Source: Candidatus Stammera capleta
Lineage (GTDB): Bacteria > Pseudomonadota > Gammaproteobacteria > Enterobacterales > Enterobacteriaceae
Direction of reading: 5' to 3'
NCBI GenBank assembly: GCA_036689315.1
Contig: CP144790.1
Coordinates: forward strand, 169,632 to 233,631
Length of the DNA stretch: 64,000 nucleotides
Position 1 is the stretch's first letter, and every line of letters starts with the position of its first letter. Under the pieces are notes generated by a model. The model searched no databases. It saw only the letters and a list, made by a program, of their open reading frames with translations, and had not been told where the DNA came from. The translations under genes were made by a program, and so were the position numbers. This document shows positions 9,553 to 18,824 of this stretch, one piece after another.

Positions 9553-10959
9553 ATGTTAAATAAAAAATCAAAAAAATATGAAAAAGGATTTTTTACAAAT
9601 ATAAAAACAGAAGATATACAAAAAGGTTTAAATAAAAAAATAATAAAAATTATATCAAAAAAAAAAAATGAACCTGAATGAATGTTAAAAATAAGATTAA
9701 AATCTTATAAAATATGAAAAAAAATGAAAGAACCACATTGGTTAAATGGAAAATATAAAAAAATAAATTATAATGAATATAAATATTATTCTGCACCTAA
9801 AAGAAAAAAAAATAATAGTTTTTTAGTTAAAGAAGTAAAAGAAACATTTAATAAATTAAATATACCTTTAAATAAAAATAAAAAATTTGCTATTGATGCT
9901 ATTTTTGATTCTGTTTCTGTAAAAACAACATTTAAAAATGAATTATCAAAACTAGGAATAATTTTTTGTTCATTTAGTAAAGCAATAAAAAAATATCCAC
10001 AAATAATAAAAAAATATATGTGTAGTGTTGTTCCTATAAAAGATAATTTTTTTTCTGCATTAAATACAGCTGTCTGTTCTGACGGAACTTTTATATATAT
10101 TCCAAAAAATACAAATTGTCCAATTGATCTTTCTAGTTATTTTAGAATAAATTCTCCTGATATAGGACAATTCGAGAGAACTTTAATAATTTTAGAAAAA
10201 AATAGTTCATTAAATTATATAGAAGGATGTTCTGCACCAATAAGAAAAAAAAATCAATTACATGCTGCTGTTGTAGAAATTATATTAAATAAAAATTCTA
10301 AAATAAAATATTCAACAATACAAAATTGGTTTACTGGAGATAAATTTCAAAAAGGAGGAATTTTTAATTTTGTAACTAAAAGAGCATTGTGTAAAGGAGA
10401 AAATAGTATTATATCATGGGTTCAAATAGAAACTGGATCAGCAATAACATGAAAATATCCAAGTGCAATATTATTAGGAAAAAAATCAAAAGGAAACTTT
10501 TTTTCTATATCTTTTACTAAATTAAAACAACAATCAGATACAGGAACAAAAATGATTCATATTGGTAAAGAAACAAAATCAATAATTTTATCTAAAAGTA
10601 TATCAATGGAAAATAGTAAAAATACATATAGAAGTTTAGTAAAAATAGGAAAAAAAGCAAATAAATCTAAAAATTTTACAAAATGTGAATCTTTATTAAT
10701 AGGTAATAATTCAAATTCAAATACTTTTCCTATTATAAAATCAGAAAATATAAAATCAACTATAGAACATGAAGCTAGTTCTATTTATATAAAAGATGAA
10801 CAATTATTTTTTCTTTTACAAAGAGGAATAAATGAAGATAAAGCATTATCAATGATAATAAATGGATTTTGTAAAAATATATTAAATATGTTACCATTAG
10901 AATTTTCTATTGAAGCACAAGAATTATTATCATTATCTTTTAATTTACATGAAAAATAA
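9553..10959 (+). CDS. sufB: Fe-S cluster assembly scaffold protein SufB
   Basis: Single frame from ATG 9553, with three in-frame TGA codons (9679, 9715, 10450). They fall at E. coli SufB Trp positions (NEPEWML, AW, GSAITWKYPS). It joins track ORFs 9724-10452 and 10552-10959. Confidence 0.93.
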
Positions 10960-10967
10960 AATTATAT

Positions 10968-11714
10968 ATGTGTATATTAAATATAAAAAATTTACATGTT
11001 AATATAAAAAAAAAAAAAATAATTAAAAATTTAAATTTAAAAATAAAAATAGGTGAAATTCATGCAATTATGGGACCAAATGGATCAGGAAAAAGTAGTT
11101 TATCTTTAACAATCGCTGGACATAAAAAATATAAAATATATAAAGGATCAATTTTTTTAAAAAAAAAAAACATAAATAAATATTCAATAGATCAAAGAGC
11201 AAAAAATGGTTTATTTGTATCATTACAAAATAATATTGAAATTCCAGGATTAAATAATCAAAATTTTTTATACAAATCTTTTAATTCAATAAGAAATTAT
11301 CAAAAAAAAAAAAAAATAAATTTAATAAAATTTAAAAAATTAATTAAAAAAGAAATGCATAAATTAGATATGTCAAATGATTTTCTTAAAAGATCTGTTA
11401 ATGAAGGTTTCTCTGGTGGTGAAAAAAAAAAAAATGATATATTACAAATATTATTATTAAAACCAAAATTAATTATTTTAGATGAAATAGATTCTGGTTT
11501 AGATATTGATACATTAAAAAAAATTTCTATTATAATAAAAAATTTAAAAAATAAAAAAAGATCATTTATAATAATAACACATTATCAAAAAATATTAAAT
11601 TATATAAATCCTAAATTTATACATATTTTTTACAATGGAAATATAATAAAAACAAGTGACAAAAAAATTTTAAAAAAAATAGAGGAAAAAGGCTATGGAT
11701 GGTTTAAAAAATAA
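10968..11714 (+). CDS. sufC: Fe-S cluster assembly ATPase SufC
   Basis: 248 aa with Walker A GPNGSGKSS, ABC signature FSGGEKKK and Walker B LIILDEIDSGLD. Operon position is as expected. Confidence 0.93.
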   Translation: MCILNIKNLHVNIKKKKIIKNLNLKIKIGEIHAIMGPNGSGKSSLSLTIAGHKKYKIYKGSIFLKKKNINKYSIDQRAKNGLFVSLQNNIEIPGLNNQNFLYKSFNSIRNYQKKKKINLIKFKKLIKKEMHKLDMSNDFLKRSVNEGFSGGEKKKNDILQILLLKPKLIILDEIDSGLDIDTLKKISIIIKNLKNKKRSFIIITHYQKILNYINPKFIHIFYNGNIIKTSDKKILKKIEEKGYGWFKK

Positions 11715-12957
11715 TGAAAAATTAATAAATAAAATAGAATTTATATTAAATGAAATAAATAAAGGATCTTTTACAAAAGATCAAAAAAAAAATTTTATAA
11801 ATTTAAAAAAAAAAATAAAAAAATTTTCCTCAAAAAAAAAAAAAATTATATCTATATTAAATAATATATTTATAAAAAAAAAAAAATATATATTTTCAAC
11901 TTCTAATATAAATATAAAAAATAAAAATTTTATTAAAAATAAAATAAAAAATTTATATTTATCAGAAACAATATTAATAATATTTATTGATAATGTAATA
12001 ATTTATATAGATAAAAAATTATATAATTTTATAAAAATATCACAAAAAAATAATATTTATAAAAATAAATATAATATAAATAAAAATATATTTGTTTATT
12101 TAAATAATTGTTTTAACAAAAAAAAAATATATATAAAAATAAAAAAAAATAAAAATATAAAAAAACCTATATATATATTAAAAATTAATAGTTATTATCA
12201 AAATAATAATATAAATATGTATAATATTTATTTAAAAATAGAAGAAAATACAAAATTATCTATTATTGAACATATAATAGATGAAAAAAATAATATAAGT
12301 TATATAAATAATAAAATATTAATTTCAATTAAAAAAAACTCAATTTTAAATTACTTAAAAATAATAAATTTAAATAAAAAATCATATTATTTATCAAATA
12401 ATGATTTTTTTATAAAAAAAAAATCAATATTAAATTATTATTATTTTATATTAAAAGCAAAAAAAATTAATATTAATTCAAATATTTTTTTAAATGAAAA
12501 ATCAAAATCAAAATTATATAGTTTATCATTAATAAATAAAAATGATATTATAAATAATATTTATACATTTCATTTACAAAAAAAATCTGAAAGTTATCAA
12601 AAACATAATAGTTTATCTTTAAAAGAAGGAATATTTGAATTTAAAGGATTAATTAATATTAATAAAAAATCATATAAAACAAAAGCTTATCTTAATAATG
12701 AAAATTTATTTTTAAATAAAAAAACTAAAATAAAAACTTCACCACAAGTAAAAATTTATAATAAAAAATCAAAATGTAAACACAGCTCAATTATTAAATA
12801 TTTAAATAAAGATCAATTTTTTTATCTTTCAATAAGAGGTTTATCTATAAAAGATATATATAATATTATATCATTTTCATTTATACAAAAATCAATTAAT
12901 TTTATTAAAAATAAAAAATTAAAAAAAATAATAAATAAAATTATTTATAAAAAATAA
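11695..12957 (+). CDS. sufD: Fe-S cluster assembly protein SufD
   Basis: 420 aa ORF between sufC and sufS, overlapping sufC by 20 nt. It is very divergent and low-complexity. The call rests mainly on operon position and size. Confidence 0.7.
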   Translation: MDGLKNNEKLINKIEFILNEINKGSFTKDQKKNFINLKKKIKKFSSKKKKIISILNNIFIKKKKYIFSTSNINIKNKNFIKNKIKNLYLSETILIIFIDNVIIYIDKKLYNFIKISQKNNIYKNKYNINKNIFVYLNNCFNKKKIYIKIKKNKNIKKPIYILKINSYYQNNNINMYNIYLKIEENTKLSIIEHIIDEKNNISYINNKILISIKKNSILNYLKIINLNKKSYYLSNNDFFIKKKSILNYYYFILKAKKININSNIFLNEKSKSKLYSLSLINKNDIINNIYTFHLQKKSESYQKHNSLSLKEGIFEFKGLININKKSYKTKAYLNNENLFLNKKTKIKTSPQVKIYNKKSKCKHSSIIKYLNKDQFFYLSIRGLSIKDIYNIISFSFIQKSINFIKNKKLKKIINKIIYKK

Positions 12958-12973
12958 ATTATCAATTAAAATT

Positions 12974-14218
12974 ATGATTTTAGACATAAAAAAAATTAAA
13001 TCAGATTTTCCTATATTAAAAAAAAAAATAAATAATAAAAAATTAATTTATTTAGATAATGCAGCAACAACTCAAAAACCTAAAATAGTAATAAATACAA
13101 ATAAAATTGTATATAAAAATTATTATTCATCTGTACATAGAAGTACACATAATTTAAGTAATATAACAACAAACAAAATAGAAGAAGTAAGAATAAAAGT
13201 ATCAAAATTTATTAATGCTGATTCACCAGAAGAAATAATTTTTGTAAAAGGAACAACAGAAGCAATAAATTTATTAGTAAATACATTTGCATTAAATAAT
13301 CTTACATCTAAAAATAATATTATTATTTCTATGATGGAACATCATTCAAATATAATTCCTTGGTTTTTATTATCAAAAAAAATAGGATTTATTATAAAAA
13401 TAATAAAAATTACACAAAATGGAGAATTAGATTTAAATAATTTTTATTCTTTAATAGATAAATATACAAAAATAATATCTGTTGTTCATATATCTAATGT
13501 TCTAGGTACTATTAATCCAATAAATAAAATAATAAATATAGCAAATAAAAAAAAAATATTTACAATAATAGATGGATCTCAAGCTATATCACATAAAAAT
13601 ATAAATGTTAAAAAATTAAAATGTAATTTTTATTTATTTTCTGGACATAAAATGTATGCACCTACAGGTATTGGTATTTTATATAATAAAAAAAATATTT
13701 TAAATAATTATATTCCATTTGAAACAGGAGGTGGAATAGTATCAAATATAAATATAAAAAATAATAATATAAAAAATATTAATTTTATTAATTCACCATG
13801 AAAATTTGAATCAGGAACACAAAATATTGAATCTATTATAGGATTAGGTAATGCAATAGATTACATAAATAATATAAATATTAATAATATTATTAATTAT
13901 GAAAAAAAAATAACTAATTTTATTTTAAATAAAATTAAATTATTAAAAAATATTATAATATACGGTAATTCATTAAAAAGAATAGGAATATTTTCATTTA
14001 ATATTAAAAATTATCATTGTTATGATATTGGTGCATTATTAGATCAATATGGTATAGCAATTAGAACTGGAAATCAATGTACTATACCAATAATGAGATT
14101 TTATAATGTTCCTGGAATGTGTAGAATTTCTATTGCTTTATATAATTCTAAAAAAGATATTAATTTTTTTATATCTTCATTAAAAAAAATAATAAATAAA
14201 TTAAAAAATAATGTATAA
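12974..14218 (+). CDS. sufS: Cysteine desulfurase SufS
   Basis: ORF 12974-13801 continues through TGA 13799-13801 (SPWKFESGTQN versus E. coli PWRFEAGTPN) to TAA 14216-14218, giving 414 aa. It has a class V aminotransferase layout with SGHKMYAPTGIG (PLP Lys). Confidence 0.9.
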
Positions 14219-14620
14219 AAAATTACCAAAAATAAATAATATAATTAATAATTTTAATTTATGTTCTTCTAAAGAAGAAAAATTATTTTATTTAATTTAT
14301 TTAGGAAAAAAAATACCATTAAATAATGAAAAAATACGTAAATCATATTATTTATTATCAAATTGTCAAAGTAAAGTATGAATAAAAATTAAAAAAAAAA
14401 ATAACATTATTTTTATAAATGGTGATAGTAATACTTCAATTATAAAAGGATTATTAACTATAATAATTATTATATTCTACAAAAAAAAATAAAAAATATT
14501 TTTAAAATTAAAATAAAAGAAATATTTTTAAAATTAAAATTAATTGAATATTTAAGTAAATCTAGATCATTAAGTATTAATTATATTATTAAATATATAT
14601 ATAATAAAATTATATATTAA
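14211..14620 (+). CDS. sufE: Cysteine desulfuration (sulfur acceptor) protein SufE, frame broken in an A9 tract
   Basis: The ATG overlaps the sufS stop. The N-terminal part, MYKKLPKINNIINNF...SNCQSKVWIKIKK...GDSNTSIIKGLLTIIIIIF, matches E. coli SufE (GCQSQVWIVM, GDSDAAIVKGL), with TGA = Trp at 14379. The C-terminal part, LKLIEYLSKSRSLSINYIIKYI (E. coli [20 protein letters not shown]), is in the frame offset by 2 after A9 14481-14489. Confidence 0.75.
14481..14489 (+). repeat. A9 homopolymer at the sufE frame break (needs +1 or -2 nt)
   Basis: The upstream frame hits TAA at 14490-14492. The downstream frame starts at 14489 and runs to TAA 14618-14620. Confidence 0.85.
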
Positions 14621-15665
14621 TTAAATAATAATTTTATTTAAATATTTTTCAAAATAAATACATGTTTCTTTAATTTTATTTAAATCATATAAAGATAATG
14701 AATATTTTTTTTTTAATAAATAAATTATTTCATTTTTATTTTTATTGGTAAAAACTAAAAAAAAACGATATAATGTTTTTATATATATTTTTTTTAAAAA
14801 AAAAAAATAATTAAAAAATTTATATTTATTTTTTATATCATAAATAAATAATATTATATTATTTTTTTTACCTAAAAAACGATAATAATTTTTAATAAAA
14901 AAATATAATCTAAAAATAGAAAAAATAATTATTGTATTATTTTTTCTTATTAATGAATAATTAAAATTATTCATTTCAAAACAAAATAATTCAATTAAAA
15001 AATTCATTTTTTTATAATAAAAAATCGATTTAACTTTAAATAATTTTATAAAATTAATAAAAAATATATTTCTTAATTTTTTATTAAATGGAATTATTTT
15101 TAATAAAAAAATATCTTTTATTTTATTTATAAAATCAAAAAAATTTTTTTTTTTATAAAAAAACCAACTATTATTAATAATAAACATTATTATTTTTTTT
15201 TTTAAAAATAATAATTTTTTTTTTATTTTAAAAAAATTAAAATATTCTTTTTTTTTTAAAAAAAATGAAACTAAAATTATTTTTGGATTAAAAATTTTTA
15301 ATATTTTTTTAGTTAAATTAAAACAAAAATTATTTATATTAAAAAATCCTTCAATTAAAATAAAATTAAAATTTTTAATATAATTATTATAATAATTAAA
15401 AAAATTTTTTAAATAATTTTTTTTTTTTTTTTATTAATAAATTATACATATAATTAAAACAAAAAGATTTTTTTATAGGTATATTAAGATAAAAATTTAT
15501 TATTTTAGATGAAATATCAAAATCTAATTTTTTTTTTAATTTAAAAGAAATAGGTTTAATAAATCCAAAATTTATTTGTTTTTTTTTTAATAAAAAAGCA
15601 AAAGATAAAACAATACTTGTTAAACCTATTTTTTTACCATTTGGAATAAAAATAAATTTATTCAA
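14621..15665 (-). pseudogene. Phosphate acetyltransferase (Pta) N-terminal-domain-only remnant, frame broken in an A16 tract
   Basis: Matches to the first ~385 residues of E. coli Pta: FIFIPNGKKIGLTSIVLSFAFLLKKKQINFGFIKPIS ([37 protein letters not shown]), FILIEGFF (VVLVEGLV), LLKIIPFNKKL (PVLGAVPWSFDL) and SLSLYDLNKIKETCIYFEKYLNK (SLSLQSFNL...IEKVQEYVANYIN). The ORF stops there, abutting sufE, so the catalytic PTA_PTB domain is absent. The frame changes in T16 (plus strand) at 15417-15432. The start is uncertain (TTG at 15665 is a guess). Confidence 0.5.
15417..15432 (-). repeat. A16 (minus strand) homopolymer at the frame break of the pta-like gene (needs -1 or +2 nt)
   Basis: The upstream frame terminates at 15396-15398. 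The other frame is open from 15430 down to 14621. Confidence 0.85.
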
Positions 15666-15759
15666 TATATATTTTTTTAATAAAAAATTAATATTAAAAT
15701 ATAATAAAATTATATATTTTAATAATAATATTTTCAAATAAAATAAAAAATATTTATAA

Positions 15760-16701
15760 ATGATAAACAAATTAAATAAATTAAATAAATTAAAAAAATT
15801 TACTATTATTTCTACAGATTCAAATAATTTAAAAAAAATAAAAATTTTTAATCCCAAAGATATAATAATAAATTATTTAACAACAATAAAATCATTAAAT
15901 TATTTTAATAATAGAATTATATTATCAAAAGTAAAAAATTTAATAAAAAATAAAAATATTAATATAAAAAAACAAATAAATTTATTAATTGATATATATA
16001 ATATATATCGTATAAAAAAAATATTAAAAATAATATCCGGAAAAATTTCAATTTATGTATTAAAAAATAATATTTTAAATATAAATAAAAATTTAAAAAA
16101 TATATATAATTTTTTAGATTTATGTATAAAATTAAATGTAAATATAAAAAAAATTATTATAGAAATAATATCAACATGAGAAGGAATAAAAATAGCAAAA
16201 ATATTAAAAAAAAATAAAATAAACTGTAATTTAATTTTAATGTTTTCATTTACACAAGCACAAATATGTATAGATAATGAAATACATACTATATCATTTT
16301 TTATTAATAATTCTAATATATCTATGTTAAATAAAAAATTATTTAAAACAATACAAAAAACACAAAATTATATTATAAATAATAATTCTAAAACAATAAT
16401 AACAACAACTGATTTTAAAAATATAAAACAAATAAATAATTTTTCTGGATGTAAAAAAATGGTAATATGTTCTAAATTATTAAAAAATCTTTCAATAAAT
16501 TTTAATTACATAAAAAATAAATTTTTTAATTTAAAAAATTATTATTATAATAATAAAAAAAAAATATATAATTATAATAATTTTATAAAAAAAATAAATA
16601 AAAATAAATTTTTATTAATGATAATGCTAAAAAAAATATTTTTAATATCAAAAAATAAAATAAAATTAGAAAAAATTATTTATAAATTTTTAAAAAAATA
16701 A
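15760..16701 (+). CDS. tal: Transaldolase homologue with substituted catalytic residues (possibly inactive)
   Basis: Track ORFs 15760-16179 and 16240-16701 are one frame joined through TGA 16177-16179 (IISTWEGI versus E. coli TalB LASTWQGI). The 313 aa are collinear with TalB (317 aa): INCNLILMFSFTQAQ versus INCNLTLLFSFAQAR. See the finding for active-site substitutions. Confidence 0.8.
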
Positions 16702-16746
16702 AACAAAAATTTATATATAATTAATAATATATATTAGTTTTTTTTA

Positions 16747-18273
16747 ATGAATTTTTTATTCAATATTATTAAAATAATTATTTTTAAATTAATAATAAAA
16801 ATAATTGAATTTATTAAAAATTTTTTATTAATAAAAACATATAAAATAAATAAAAATTCAGATTCATTTTTTTTTTATATAAAAATACAAAATCATTTAA
16901 TAAAAATATTTAATGAATTTTTTTTTTTATATTCTTTTATTCCTATTTTAAATAAATATAAATTAAAAAAAAAAAAAATAAATGAATTTATTTCATCAAT
17001 ATATTTTTCATTAATTACAACATTAACTATTATTAGTATAATTTTAATTTTTTTTTATGAAAAAATAATTTTTAATTTTTTCCCTATATTAAAAAAAAAT
17101 TTAATAAATTTTGAAATAAATATATTAATATTAAAAATTATTTTTCCTTTTATAATGTTAATATCATTAATAACATTAATATTATCTATATTAAATGTAA
17201 ATATATTAAATATATTTTTTATTATAAAAATAACTCAATCTTTTATAAATTTAAATATTATTTTTTTTATAATTTTCTTTAAAAAATTTTTTATTTCTAA
17301 TATATATTTTATTAATTATGCAATTATTATTGGAAATTTAATACAATTATTATTTCAACAAATATATTTATATATTTTTATACCTATAAATATATCAATA
17401 AAAAAAATAAATATTTTTAATACAGGATTAATAAAAGTAATAAAAAATATATATTTTTTAATTTTAATTGTAATAATAAATAAATTATCAAAAATAATAA
17501 ATAATTTAATTTATTATTTTTTTAAAAATAAATATATTCATTTGTTATATTATTCATCTAAATTTATAGATTTACCTTCAAATATAATTATTTCATCAAT
17601 AAATACAATTTTATTATCAAAATTACCTAAAAAATATCATAAAAAAAATTTTATTTATTTTTCTAATTTATTAAATTATTGCATAAAAATAATTTTTTTT
17701 ATAAGTTTTCCTATTTCATTAATATTAATATTTATATCAGAAATTATAATTTCAATATTATTTAAATATAATAATTTTTTACATTATAATATAATAAATA
17801 TATCTGAATTATTTATAATTTATTCTATAGGTTTATTTGGTTTTATTTTATCAAAATTATTATATTCATTTTTATATTCAATATATAAATTTAAAAAATT
17901 AATTTTTATATCAATAAAAATAATATTATTTACACAAATAATAAATTTAATAACAATATTTTTTATAAAACATATAGGTTTAGCTATATCAACTACAATA
18001 TCACCCTACTTACATATATTTTTATTATATAAACAAATAAAAAAAGAAAAAATTTATATATATAAAAAAAATATAAAACATTTTATAAAAAAAATATTTT
18101 TATCTACATTAAATATTTTAATTTTTCTTTCTATTTATAAAATAATTTTTATTTTATTTAATATAAAAATTATTTATATTATTATAAAAATATATATACT
18201 TATTTTAATTACTTTTTTAAGTATAATTATATATATAATTAGTTTATATTTTTATAATTTTAAATTTAAATAA
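16747..18273 (+). CDS. murJ: Lipid II flippase MurJ (MviN)
   Basis: 508 aa polytopic membrane protein. [34 protein letters not shown] matches E. coli [47 protein letters not shown] and [14 protein letters not shown] also match. Confidence 0.85.
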   Translation: [508 protein letters not shown]

Positions 18274-18274
18274 A

Positions 18275-18574
18275 TTATATATCTTTATCTTTATCTTTAT
18301 CTTTATCTTTATCTTTATCTTTATCTTTATCTTTATCTTTATTAACTATACAAATAATTAAATCAATAACAGATTGAACTGTACTTATTTTATCAGCATC
18401 TTCATCTTTTATTTCAATATCAAATTCTTCTTCTAATGCCATTACTAATTCAACCATATCTAATGAATCAGCACCTAAATCATCAACAAAAATACTATTA
18501 TTTTTTATAATTTCTTTTTTTAAACCTAATTGTTCACTAATTATATTTTTAATACGTTTTTCTATATCTAACAT
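18275..18574 (-). CDS. acpP: Acyl carrier protein with a C-terminal (Lys-Asp)10 extension
   Basis: Residues 1-75 are a near-canonical ACP ([69 protein letters not shown]), with the phosphopantetheine Ser in DSLD. They are followed by [21 protein letters not shown]. Confidence 0.93.
   Translation of the reverse strand: MLDIEKRIKNIISEQLGLKKEIIKNNSIFVDDLGADSLDMVELVMALEEEFDIEIKDEDADKISTVQSVIDLIICIVNKDKDKDKDKDKDKDKDKDKDI
18281..18340 (-). repeat. Perfect hexanucleotide microsatellite (ATCTTT)10 on plus = (AAAGAT)10 in the acpP reading frame
   Basis: Ten perfect tandem 6-nt units counted directly at the 3' end of acpP. Confidence 0.97.
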
Positions 18575-18628
18575 ATTTTTATCCTATTTAATTTAATAAT
18601 ATTAATATTATATAATATAATATTAATT

Positions 18629-18820
18629 TTATTTATTTTTTATATTATATTTTTTTTGTAAAATTTTTTTACCACGATAATATCCATCTTCAGATAAATG
18701 ATGATATAAACTAATTTTTCCTGTTATTTTATTTTTAAATAAATTAGGAATTTTTAAATAATCATGTGATCTACGTAATCCTCTTTTAGATCTAGTTGAT
18801 CTTTTTTTTTGTACAGCCAT
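18629..18820 (-). CDS. rpmF: 50S ribosomal protein L32
   Basis: 63 aa. MAVQKKRSTRSKRGLRRSHD...HHLSEDGYYRGKKI matches E. coli [20 protein letters not shown]...HHITADGYYRGRKV. Confidence 0.95.
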   Translation of the reverse strand: MAVQKKRSTRSKRGLRRSHDYLKIPNLFKNKITGKISLYHHLSEDGYYRGKKILQKKYNIKNK

Positions 18821-18824
18821 ATTT

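Noticed and set aside
15666-15857. The N-terminal 64 residues of track ORF 15396-15857(-), which would overlap the start of tal.
   Set aside because: The match to Pta begins at KFIFIPNGKK, which corresponds to residue ~4 of E. coli Pta. The upstream part is low-complexity antisense of the tal 5' end.
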